Shown here: positions 37,476-46,273 of the stretch, piece by piece
How the letters are laid out: each line of letters begins with the position of its first letter
How positions within the stretch are numbered: the first letter of the stretch is position 1
NCBI GenBank assembly: GCA_965277805.1
Contig: OZ255842.1
Location: forward strand, 3,680,001-3,744,000
DNA length: 64,000 nucleotides
Source of the DNA: Candidatus Lustribacter sp.
GTDB taxonomy: Bacteria; Vulcanimicrobiota; Vulcanimicrobiia; Vulcanimicrobiales; Vulcanimicrobiaceae
Reading direction: 5' to 3'
The notes under the pieces: generated by a model
Seen by the model: only the letters and a program-made list of their open reading frames with translations
Database searches by the model: none
What the model was told of the DNA's origin: nothing
Position numbers and translations under genes: made by a program

Positions 37476-38465
37476 GTGGCGAGCCTAAGCGTTGTGGCGC
37501 CGTTATTTAACGAGGAGGGCAATGTCGCCGAACTCGTGCGGCGGCTGCGCGCGGCGGCGGACGGGTGCGCGGGGATCGACGGCTACGAGATCGTGCTCGT
37601 CGATGATGGGAGTACCGATCGGACCGTGGAGTTGCTGCGCGTGCACGCGGCGGCCGATCCACGGCTCGTGATCGTGCGGTTGTCGCGGAATTTCGGGCAT
37701 CAGCTGGCCGCGACCGCGGGGCTGGACGTGTCGCGCGGCGATGCCGTCGTGCTCATCGATGCGGACTTGCAAGATCCGCCCGAACTGATCCCCGCGATGG
37801 TCGAGCGCTGGCAGGCCGGGTTCGACGTGGTGTATGCGGTACGGCGCAAACGTAAGGGCGAGAGCCGCTTCAAGATTTGGACTGCGCGGCTTTTCTACCG
37901 GACGACGCAACGCCTGACGAAGGTCGCGATCCCGGTCGACGCCGGCGACTTCCGGCTCATGTCGCGGCGCGTCGTCGATGCGCTCAAGGTCATTCGCGAG
38001 CGGCACCGGTTCATTCGAGGCCTCGTGTCGTGGGTGGGCTTTCCGCAAACGGCGCTCGAGTACGATCGCGACTCGCGCTTCGCGGGCGAGAGCAAGTACC
38101 CGGTCTCGAAGATGCTGCGCTTTGCGATCGACGGCATCACGTCGTTCAGCGACGTGCCGCTGCGCTTCGCCTCGTACTTCGGCTTCATCGTTTCAGGCGT
38201 AGCGTTCGTCGTCGGCGTCTTCGAGATCGGGCTCAAGATCTTCACCGGCTACCAGTTGCCCGGCTACACGTCGACGATCTTCGCCATCCTATTCTTGGGC
38301 GGCGTGCAGCTGATCGGGATCGGAATCCTAGGTGAGTACATCGGCCGGATCTACGAAGAGATCAAAGGCCGGCCGCTCTACCTGCTGGCGGGCGTGGAAC
38401 GCGCCGATCCCGCGCCGGTCGGCGAGGGCACCTCGGCGCCGAGGGTCACGCCCGGCACGAGATAG
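37476..38465 (+). CDS. GT2 polyprenol-phosphate glycosyltransferase (GtrB/YkoT-like)
   Basis: VAPLFNEE, VDDGSTD, LSRNFGHQLA, IDADLQDPPE, GDFRLMSR, two C-terminal TM helices, GEYIGRIY.EIKGRPLY. Confidence 0.93.
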   Translation: MASLSVVAPLFNEEGNVAELVRRLRAAADGCAGIDGYEIVLVDDGSTDRTVELLRVHAAADPRLVIVRLSRNFGHQLAATAGLDVSRGDAVVLIDADLQDPPELIPAMVERWQAGFDVVYAVRRKRKGESRFKIWTARLFYRTTQRLTKVAIPVDAGDFRLMSRRVVDALKVIRERHRFIRGLVSWVGFPQTALEYDRDSRFAGESKYPVSKMLRFAIDGITSFSDVPLRFASYFGFIVSGVAFVVGVFEIGLKIFTGYQLPGYTSTIFAILFLGGVQLIGIGILGEYIGRIYEEIKGRPLYLLAGVERADPAPVGEGTSAPRVTPGTR

Positions 38466-39427
38466 CGGCAAATATACTCCCACACGCCTTCTTCGAGCGA
38501 CGTGAACGGCGCGGTGTAGCCGCTCGCCCGCAGCTTGTCGACCGTGGCCTCCGTGCGGTACTGGTACTTCCCACGTAACGCATCGGGCATCGGGATGTAG
38601 GTAATGCTCTTCGGCCGCTCGAGCGCGGTAAAGATTGCGGCGACGAGATCGTTCCACGTTCGTGCGACGCCCGAGCCGACGTTGAAAAGTCCGGCTGCTT
38701 TGGAGCGGCCGAGGTACAGCGCGATCGCGACCGCGTCTTTGACGTAGAGAAAGTCGCGCGTCTGCTCGCCGTCGCGAATGCCGGGCCGATAGCTTTCGAA
38801 GAGCTTCACGCTGCCTTCGGCCGTAATCTGTTCGTACGCCTTCGCGACGACGCTGCGCATGTCGCCCTTGTGATCTTCGTTGGGGCCGTAGATGTTGAAG
38901 AACTTCAACCCCACGATGCGATCGAGCAGGCCTTCGCGCCGTGCCCACAGATCGAAGAGCTGCTTCGAATAGCCGTACATGTTGAGCGGCGCGAGGCTGC
39001 AGGGATCGAGATCTTCGCGCAGATCCGTTTCGCGCGAACCGTACGTGGCCGCCGACGACGCGTACACGAAACGCGCGCCTTGCTTGACCGCCCATGTCGC
39101 GAGATCTTGCGTCGTGCGATAGTTGTTGGCGATCAGGTAGGTCGCATCGCGTTCGGTCGTGGCCGAGCACGCGCCGAGATGGTAGACCTCGGCGATCGGG
39201 CCGAAGGCGTCCGGGTTCTCGGCGATGCGCGGATAGAATTCTTCGGCTTCGAAATATTCGCCGAAACGCAACGGCACGAGGTGGCGCCACTTCTCACTGC
39301 GCCCCAGGCGGTCGACGATGATGGCGTCGTCAACCCCGTGCTGGTTGAGTTCCCACACCATAGCGCTGCCGATCAAACCGGCAGCACCGGTGACGATTGT
39401 CCGGCCCGTACGTGAGGTTCCGTTCAT
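38378..39427 (-). CDS. hldD: ADP-L-glycero-D-manno-heptose 6-epimerase
   Basis: IVTGAAGLIGS, HLGACSATTE, YASSAATYG, PLNMYGYSK, FFNIYGPNEDHKGDMRS, RDFLYVKD, GKYQYRTEA. Confidence 0.92.
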   Translation of the reverse strand: MNGTSRTGRTIVTGAAGLIGSAMVWELNQHGVDDAIIVDRLGRSEKWRHLVPLRFGEYFEAEEFYPRIAENPDAFGPIAEVYHLGACSATTERDATYLIANNYRTTQDLATWAVKQGARFVYASSAATYGSRETDLREDLDPCSLAPLNMYGYSKQLFDLWARREGLLDRIVGLKFFNIYGPNEDHKGDMRSVVAKAYEQITAEGSVKLFESYRPGIRDGEQTRDFLYVKDAVAIALYLGRSKAAGLFNVGSGVARTWNDLVAAIFTALERPKSITYIPMPDALRGKYQYRTEATVDKLRASGYTAPFTSLEEGVWEYICRYLVPGVTLGAEVPSPTGAGSARSTPASR

Positions 39428-40716
39428 CCGCGCGCGGTCTTCGACGGCACCGTGAGATCGGCATCCCGGATGACTTCGTGCAGCAGCGGACGGTGCTCGG
39501 CGATGCGGTCGCCAACGGCAAAGGCGCTGCCGATCGCGGCCACATCGTCGCCCGCGCCGACCAGCTCCGCGAGCGTGTCGCCGGCCCGCACCGCGTCGCC
39601 GACGCGCGCCCGCACGATGATGCCGGCGCTCGAACCGTGGCGATCGACCGCCGTTCGTGCCAGCTCGCCGAGCTGGATCGCGTTCACCGCGGTGACGCGC
39701 CCGTCGCGCGGAGCCCGTGCCGCCGCACGCTTTTCCATCACGCGCATGCCCTCGAGCCCGCTGCGCGAGCCGCCCTGCGCTTCGATCAGCGCGACGAATT
39801 TTTCGTACGCTTGCCCGCTCGTCAACGCCGTCTCGACCTGCGCTTCGATGTCGCCGGTCGCGCCGCCGACGCGCAGCATCTCGGCCGCGATCACGCGCAC
39901 CACTTCGCCCAAGCGCGGATCTTGCGTGCCGCCGCGCAGGAAGTCACGCGCTTCGATCGCTTCGAGCGCGTTGCCGATCGACGGTCCGAGCGGCTCGTCC
40001 ATGTCGGTGATCAGCGCCGACGCGCGCCGGCCGAGGCGTGCCGTGATTTCCACCATTGCGACAGCCAGTTCGCGCGCTTGGTCGAGCTTCGACATGAACG
40101 CGCCGCCGCCGGTCTTCACGTCGAACACGATCGCGCTCGCGCCGCCGGCGATTTTCTTCGACACGATCGACGCCGCGATCAAGCCGACGCTGGCGACGGT
40201 GCCGGTGCGATCGCGCAGATCGTAGAGCCGTTTGTCGGCCGGCACGAGGCGCTCGCTCTGCGCGCTGATCGCGCAGCCGATGCGTTCGACTTGCGCGCGA
40301 AATTCATCCGGCGTGAGCGTGGTCCGCACGCCCGGGATCGACTCGAGTTTGTCGAGCGTGCCGCCGGTGTGGCCGAGCGCGTGCCCCGAGAGCTTCGCCA
40401 CGGCGACGCCGCACGCGGCGACGACCGGCACGACGATCATCGAGACGCTGTCGCCGACGCCGCCGGTGGAATGCTTGTCGACGGCGCTGCCGGCAAAGGT
40501 GATCGTGTCGCCCGAGCGGATCATCGCCTCGGTCAGGGCCTGGGTTTCGCCCGGGGTCAGCCCCTGGATCGCGGAGGCCATCAGGAGCGCGGCGATCGGG
40601 GCCTCGTCGATCGTCTCGGCGACGTACCCGTCGATCAGCCGCTCCCAGGTCGAGGCGGGAACGACCCCGCCGGTCCGCTTCATATCCAGTGCCTGCCGCA
40701 CCCAGCTCTCGGTCAT
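39424..40716 (-). CDS. pdp: Pyrimidine-nucleoside (thymidine) phosphorylase
   Basis: Start reassigned to ATG 40716; VDKHSTGGVGD, KLSGHALGHTGGTLDKLESIPG, LVPADKRLYDLRD, SIVSKKIAGG, DVKTGGGAFM. Confidence 0.93.
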   Translation of the reverse strand: MTESWVRQALDMKRTGGVVPASTWERLIDGYVAETIDEAPIAALLMASAIQGLTPGETQALTEAMIRSGDTITFAGSAVDKHSTGGVGDSVSMIVVPVVAACGVAVAKLSGHALGHTGGTLDKLESIPGVRTTLTPDEFRAQVERIGCAISAQSERLVPADKRLYDLRDRTGTVASVGLIAASIVSKKIAGGASAIVFDVKTGGGAFMSKLDQARELAVAMVEITARLGRRASALITDMDEPLGPSIGNALEAIEARDFLRGGTQDPRLGEVVRVIAAEMLRVGGATGDIEAQVETALTSGQAYEKFVALIEAQGGSRSGLEGMRVMEKRAAARAPRDGRVTAVNAIQLGELARTAVDRHGSSAGIIVRARVGDAVRAGDTLAELVGAGDDVAAIGSAFAVGDRIAEHRPLLHEVIRDADLTVPSKTARG

Positions 40717-40757
40717 CTCGCTTGGGTTTACCCCCGCGCGGCTCGAAGCCCGCCCCC

Positions 40758-41306
40758 ATGCGTTCCCACGCCCGGGCCGCGCTGGCAATCATCTTGGTCG
40801 CGAGCGCGTTGCCGTCTGCCGCAGGTGCGCAACCGGCGCCCGTCCCCACGCCCGAGCGGGCCCCGGCCACCGCTTCGCCCGCTCCGCCGCCGGCCGCACC
40901 GACGGCCGCGCCGCTACCGGCACCGCCGGCGTCGCCTACACCCTCGCCCAGCCCTACGGCAACGGCGAGCGGATCGCCGTATCACTTCATCACGACGCCC
41001 TCGCCCCCGCCGGCCGGTCAGCCCGCGATCCTCGAGATCGAGATGCTGGACCAGACGCTGCACGCGGGCGCACCGTACAGCGTGCGCGTCAAGACGAGCC
41101 CCGACGTCACTGCGATCAACGTTTCCGCAATGGGCCAGACGTATGGCATGCAAGCCGCGGGACCAGGCCTGTTCGCCTCCGACGGTCAGATCCCGAACGG
41201 CATTCCGTTCTTCTTACTCAACCGCGACTATACGGTCACCATCATTGCCCTCACCGCCGACAAACGCACCACCAGCGTTTCGCTGACACTGCATCTCACG
41301 AAGTAA
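40758..41306 (+). CDS. Exported Pro-rich protein with a C-terminal Ig-like domain
   Basis: Start ATG 40758; signal peptide, Pro/Ala/Thr linker, domain similar to 25842-26267. Confidence 0.72.
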   Translation: MRSHARAALAIILVASALPSAAGAQPAPVPTPERAPATASPAPPPAAPTAAPLPAPPASPTPSPSPTATASGSPYHFITTPSPPPAGQPAILEIEMLDQTLHAGAPYSVRVKTSPDVTAINVSAMGQTYGMQAAGPGLFASDGQIPNGIPFFLLNRDYTVTIIALTADKRTTSVSLTLHLTK

Positions 41307-41317
41307 CATTGTTTTTG

Positions 41318-41326
41318 TGGTATGAT
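41318..41326 (+). promoter_or_regulatory. Extended -10 promoter (TGnTATGAT) for a probably leaderless mfd
   Basis: TGgTATGAT lies 8 nt before the GTG at 41335; no SD. Confidence 0.55.
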
Positions 41327-41334
41327 GTAAGGCC

Positions 41335-44300
41335 GTGCCTGATGCCGTTTCTGTTTTAGCGCCCTCATTTGTTCGTGCTCTTCCCTCGAGCAGCAGGCCC
41401 CTGGCGGAGCTGATCGACCGGTTACGTACGCCCTCGGACCGGGGGCTGGCGTTCGGCTTGCACGAGACGACGGCGGCGGCGCGGCCGTATTTGCTGGCCG
41501 GGATTCATGGGGCACTCGGCGGGACGATGATGGTCGTCGTGCCGACGGCGGACGTGGCCGAGCGGACTTTTGCCGACCTGACGTACTACCTGGGCGAATC
41601 GGAATCGCGCACCGTGTCGCTCGTGCGCGCGCGCGATGAAGCCGTCGGAGCACTTGACTCGCCGTCGGAACGCAGTGCGCGCATGACGTTGCTGCACGAT
41701 TTGTGCGCGAACCGGCCGCAGATCGTCGTCGTGCCGGTCGCGGCATTGCGGCAGTACGTGATGCCGTGTGACGTGTTCCGGGCGGAGACGCTCGAGCTCG
41801 CCGCCGGTGATGAGCCGGGTTGGGATGCGCTGCAACAGCGTCTCTTCCGGCTTGGGTACACGCGCGTCGACGTCGTGAGCGCGGCCGGCGAGTTCGCAGT
41901 GCGTGGCGGTATTCTCGATGTGTTTCCCGCGACCGCGGATCGCCCGGTGCGACTGGAATTCTTCGGCGATACGCTCGAGTCGTTACGGCCGTTCGACATC
42001 GCTTCGCAACGTTCGGATGATTCGATCGAGCGTATTACGATCGTGCCGTGGCTCGAGATCCTTCGTGACGATGTCCTGCGCGAGAACGTGCTGCGCGGCG
42101 CGACCGGTGAGGCCGGCGTGGTTTCGGCGGTGCGGCAATTTCTCGCCGGCGGCAACGACGTGCCGGAGCCGTGGCTCGGTCTGGCGTACAGCGAACGCAC
42201 GACGCTGCTCGATTATCTCGACGCGCGCGCGGTCGTCGTGCTCGAAGAACCCGGCATGCTCGCGACGATCGACCGAGGGCTCGAAGACGAGCACTCGCGC
42301 GCGACCAACGTGTTGCTGGCCGGCGTCGAATCGGGCGAACTCGACGTGAGCACGGACGAAGTCGGCGAGGCGCTCGTTGCAGATCTCGCGTTTCCGTATC
42401 CGCGGCTCGCCTCGCATCGCGATGCGCTCGCCGCGCGGCGCGTGCTGGTGGTCACGGGCGGTATCGAGACCGGCGACCTGCCGTGGCTGCCGAGCATCGT
42501 CGAAGGGTACGCGCAAGAGACCCATCCTGGCGAGTTGTTCAGCAGGCAAATCGAACGTTTTCTCGAGGCGGTGCGCGGGTGGATCGCCGCGGGCGACACG
42601 GTGCTGCTCGTTGTTAACGGCGCTTCGCGACTGACCGAGATTTTGCGCGCGGCGGACATCTCCGTCGAGCGCACCGCCAACTTCGTGCATCTGCGTGCAA
42701 CGGGAACCGACGGCGTAGCGATGGGGTCGCGCAGCGGCTCCGTCTTTGTCGACACCGGCTCGCTCGAGGCGGGGTTCTCGATTCCGGGATTGCGGCTGCA
42801 CGTGCTCGGGGATCGCGAGATTTTTGGGCAGCCGGCGAAGCGGGTCAAGCTGCGCGCGATCAAGGAAGGCGTGCCGGTTACGCTGGCCGATCTGAAGGTC
42901 GGCGATTACGTGGTGCACGCGGTGCACGGCATCGGGCAGTATCTCGGGCTGCGCACGGAGACGATCCTCGGCGCCATCGGCGACTACATGGACTTGAAGT
43001 ACGCCGGCACCGATCGCATGCTCGTGCCGGTGCATCAGATGCATCAAGTGACGAAGTACGGCGCGCACGAAGGCGCGGCGCCGAAACTCAGCAAGATGGG
43101 CGGGGCCGATTGGGCCCGCACCAAAGGCCGCGTTTCGGAAGCGCTCTCGAAGATCGCCGACGGCCTCGTCGAGTTGTATGCCGAGCGCGAGAGCTCGCCC
43201 GGCCACGCGTTCGGGCCCGACACGCCGTGGCAAGCCGAACTCGAGGAAGCGTTCCCCTACGATCCGACGCCCGATCAAGCGAAGGCGATCGACGAGACGA
43301 AGGCCGATATGGAACGTCCGCGGCCGATGGACCGCCTCGTCTGCGGCGATGTCGGCTACGGCAAAACTGAAGTTGCCGTACGCGCGGCGTTCAAGGCGAT
43401 CGCCGACAAGAAGCAAGTCGCGATCCTCGTGCCGACCACGCTCTTGGCCTCACAGCACCATCGCACGTTCACGGCCCGCTTCGCGTCCTATCCCGTGCGC
43501 ATCGAAGAGCTCTCGCGTTTCAAGACGAAAAAAGAACAGCAGGCGACGCTGGCCGCGCTCGCCGATGGCAAAGTCGACGTCGTCGTCGGGACGCACCGGC
43601 TGTTGCAGAAAGACGTCGTCTTCCGCGACCTCGGGCTCATCATCGTCGATGAAGAGCAGCGCTTCGGCGTGATGCACAAGGAGCGGCTCAAGCAGATGCG
43701 CGCCACGGTCGACGTGCTCACGCTCTCGGCCACGCCGATACCGCGCACCCTGCAGATGTCGCTGATGGGCGTGCGCGATCTCTCGCTGATCCGCACCGCA
43801 CCGCGCAATCGCATGTCGATCAAGACCGTCGTCGTGCCGCAGTCGGACGCGATCGTGCAGCACGCGATTACCGCCGAGCTCGATCGCGGCGGCCAGGTGT
43901 ACTACGTTCACAATCGCATCGAGTCGATCTACGGCGTGGCGCGCGCGCTCGAACAGCTCGTCCCGAAGGCGCGCATCGCGGTCGGTCACGGCCAGATGCA
44001 CGAACACGAGCTCGAGCCGATCATGTCGAAGTTCATCGACGGCGAGATCGACGTGTTCGTCTCGACGACGATCATCGAGAACGGCATCGACATTCCCAAC
44101 GTCAACACGATCATCGTGCACGATGCCGACAAGTTCGGGCTCGCGCAGCTCTATCAGTTGCGCGGACGGGTCGGCCGCTCGAACCACCAGGCCTATGCGT
44201 TCTTGCTCTATCAAGCGCACAAGGCGCTCAGCGAGGATGCGAAGGCGCGGCTCGAAGCAATCCGCGAGTTCACCCACCTCGGCTCGGGCTTGCAGATCGC

Positions 44301-44886
44301 GATGCGCGACCTCGAGATTCGCGGCGCGGGCAACTTGCTCGGCGCGGCGCAGTCGGGCTTCATCGGCGCCGTCGGCTTCGAGACGTACGCGCAACTGCTG
44401 GCCGAAGCGATTACCGCGCGCAAGGGCGCGCAAGCGGTCACCGATGCGCGCGAGACCGTGATCGACGTGAAGCTCGATGCGTTCGTGCCCAACGACTACA
44501 TCCCGCAGGTCTCGCAAAAGATCGCCGTCTATCAGCAGCTGGCCGCCGCGCGCACGCTCGACGGCGTGGAAGACATCGTCGCCAGCGTACGCGACCGCTT
44601 CGGGCCGCTGCCCCAACCGTTCGAGAACCTGGCGGAGATCACGCGCTTGCGCGTGCTGGCGCTGCAGGCCGGCGTGACGCGCGTGGTGATCAACGAACAG
44701 CGGCTCACGCTCGGTGTCGGCACCGGGTTCGTGCTCGATCCGGCGGCGATTCCGCGGCTGCAATCGATCACGAAGAACAAGTTCCGCTTCGGCGAGGGGA
44801 AGATCACGATCGACTTACCGGCCCGCAGCGCGGCCGAACAACTGCCCACGCTGCACGCGCTGCTGAACACGCTGAGCCCGGTATGA
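41335..44886 (+). CDS. mfd: Transcription-repair coupling factor
   Basis: GEFAVRGGILDVFP, GDYVVHAVHGIG, MDRLVCGDVGYGKTEVA, VDEEQRFGV, LSATPIPRTL, GLAQLYQLRGRVGRS, TRCF C-terminus. Confidence 0.98.
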   Translation: MPDAVSVLAPSFVRALPSSSRPLAELIDRLRTPSDRGLAFGLHETTAAARPYLLAGIHGALGGTMMVVVPTADVAERTFADLTYYLGESESRTVSLVRARDEAVGALDSPSERSARMTLLHDLCANRPQIVVVPVAALRQYVMPCDVFRAETLELAAGDEPGWDALQQRLFRLGYTRVDVVSAAGEFAVRGGILDVFPATADRPVRLEFFGDTLESLRPFDIASQRSDDSIERITIVPWLEILRDDVLRENVLRGATGEAGVVSAVRQFLAGGNDVPEPWLGLAYSERTTLLDYLDARAVVVLEEPGMLATIDRGLEDEHSRATNVLLAGVESGELDVSTDEVGEALVADLAFPYPRLASHRDALAARRVLVVTGGIETGDLPWLPSIVEGYAQETHPGELFSRQIERFLEAVRGWIAAGDTVLLVVNGASRLTEILRAADISVERTANFVHLRATGTDGVAMGSRSGSVFVDTGSLEAGFSIPGLRLHVLGDREIFGQPAKRVKLRAIKEGVPVTLADLKVGDYVVHAVHGIGQYLGLRTETILGAIGDYMDLKYAGTDRMLVPVHQMHQVTKYGAHEGAAPKLSKMGGADWARTKGRVSEALSKIADGLVELYAERESSPGHAFGPDTPWQAELEEAFPYDPTPDQAKAIDETKADMERPRPMDRLVCGDVGYGKTEVAVRAAFKAIADKKQVAILVPTTLLASQHHRTFTARFASYPVRIEELSRFKTKKEQQATLAALADGKVDVVVGTHRLLQKDVVFRDLGLIIVDEEQRFGVMHKERLKQMRATVDVLTLSATPIPRTLQMSLMGVRDLSLIRTAPRNRMSIKTVVVPQSDAIVQHAITAELDRGGQVYYVHNRIESIYGVARALEQLVPKARIAVGHGQMHEHELEPIMSKFIDGEIDVFVSTTIIENGIDIPNVNTIIVHDADKFGLAQLYQLRGRVGRSNHQAYAFLLYQAHKALSEDAKARLEAIREFTHLGSGLQIAMRDLEIRGAGNLLGAAQSGFIGAVGFETYAQLLAEAITARKGAQAVTDARETVIDVKLDAFVPNDYIPQVSQKIAVYQQLAAARTLDGVEDIVASVRDRFGPLPQPFENLAEITRLRVLALQAGVTRVVINEQRLTLGVGTGFVLDPAAIPRLQSITKNKFRFGEGKITIDLPARSAAEQLPTLHALLNTLSPV

Positions 44887-45410
44887 GCGATAGCGTCACC
44901 TCGCACGCCGACGAAGCAATCGATGCCATCGCCGATCTCGAGCGCGAAGCGCAGGAAGCGACGTCGCGCCACCACCGCTGGATTCAGCGCGTCACGAGCC
45001 GCATCGGCCGGCCGCTGACGTTCTACATCGTGGTCACGTTCGTCGTGCTCTGGATGGTGTCGAATATCGTCGTCTTGCGCACGAGCGGGCACACGTTCGA
45101 TCCGCCGCCGTTTTCGTGGCTGCAAGGAATGGTTTCGCTGAGCGGGTTGCTCGTCGCGATCCTCATCTTGACTACCGCTAACCGTGTGGCGCAAATCGAT
45201 TCCTCGCGTGACAAGCTCGATTTGCAGATCAACTTGCTCAACGAGCGGCGCACAGCAAAGTTGATCCGCATGCTCGACGAATTGCGGCGCGATTCACCGC
45301 AGGTTCCCACGCACAACGATCCCGAAGTGCAGCAATTGAGCGAACATACCGACACGCAAGAAGTCGCGCGCGCGATCGAAGAGCGCACGCCGGCGCGTCC
45401 GGGAACGTAA
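44883..45410 (+). CDS. DUF1003-family membrane protein
   Basis: FDPPPFSWL...LILTTANR...DLQINLLNE; two TM helices; ATGA overlap with mfd. Confidence 0.8.
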   Translation: MSDSVTSHADEAIDAIADLEREAQEATSRHHRWIQRVTSRIGRPLTFYIVVTFVVLWMVSNIVVLRTSGHTFDPPPFSWLQGMVSLSGLLVAILILTTANRVAQIDSSRDKLDLQINLLNERRTAKLIRMLDELRRDSPQVPTHNDPEVQQLSEHTDTQEVARAIEERTPARPGT

Positions 45411-45421
45411 CAGGAGCACCG

Positions 45422-46273
45422 ATGGCCGCCGAACCCACCAACGAGTCGACCCTGCGCATCGTCCAAACGAAAGAATGGAAGATCCAGATCAACGAAGCCG
45501 GCAGCGGCTATCCGATCATCATGCTGCACGGCTCGGGACCCGGCGCCACGGGCTGGACGAATTTCGGCCCCAACATCATCGCGCTCTCGAAAAAGTACCG
45601 CGTGATCGCGGTAACGCTGCCGGGCTGGGGCCAATCTTCGGAGATCGAACCCGGCAAGGAACCGCTGCGCAAGACCAACGCGCGCGCGGTGAAGCTGCTG
45701 ATGGACGAATTCGGCATCGACAAAGCGGCGGTCGTCGGCAACTCGATGGGCGGGGGGGCCGTGCAGCAATTCCTCACCGATTTCCCCGAACGCCTCTCGC
45801 ACTTCGTGACGATGGGCACGGGCGGGCCGGGCGTGAACTTGCTCGTCCCCGGCGGCTTCACCGAAGGAATCCGCATCCTCAACGAAACCTACGCCGATCC
45901 TTCGCCCGAAAACATTCGCCGGCTCGTGCGCATCATGGTCTACGACTCATCGTTCGTCACCGACGAATTGTGCAATCTGCGCTCGCAGGCCGCGCTTGCG
46001 AACCCGCAGCACCTCAAGAACTTCTTGAACCCCAAGAAGGACGGCACGGTTCAGGGCGACGACATCGTTGCCGCCCTGACGAACACGAAGACGCCCGCGC
46101 TGCTCGTGCATGGGCGCGACGACCGCACCGTTCCGCTGGAAGGTTCGATGCGGCTAAACGCGATGATCCCCGACTCGCGCCTGCTGGTCTTCAACCGCTG
46201 CGGTCACTGGGCACAGCTCGAGCACGCAGACGAATTCAACCAGCTCCTGGATGGGTTTATTTCGAGCCGTTAA
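45422..46273 (+). CDS. Meta-cleavage-product hydrolase-like alpha/beta hydrolase (MhpC/BphD/HsaD family)
   Basis: MLHGSGPGATGWTNF, VGNSMGG, HGRDDRTVP, FNRCGHWAQLEHADEFN; AGGAG SD. Confidence 0.85.
   Translation: MAAEPTNESTLRIVQTKEWKIQINEAGSGYPIIMLHGSGPGATGWTNFGPNIIALSKKYRVIAVTLPGWGQSSEIEPGKEPLRKTNARAVKLLMDEFGIDKAAVVGNSMGGGAVQQFLTDFPERLSHFVTMGTGGPGVNLLVPGGFTEGIRILNETYADPSPENIRRLVRIMVYDSSFVTDELCNLRSQAALANPQHLKNFLNPKKDGTVQGDDIVAALTNTKTPALLVHGRDDRTVPLEGSMRLNAMIPDSRLLVFNRCGHWAQLEHADEFNQLLDGFISSR

Noticed and set aside
39397-41286. 629-aa plus-strand ORF across pdp
   Set aside because: Antisense or alternative-frame shadow of pdp and the exported protein gene; Arg/Pro-rich with no family signature.
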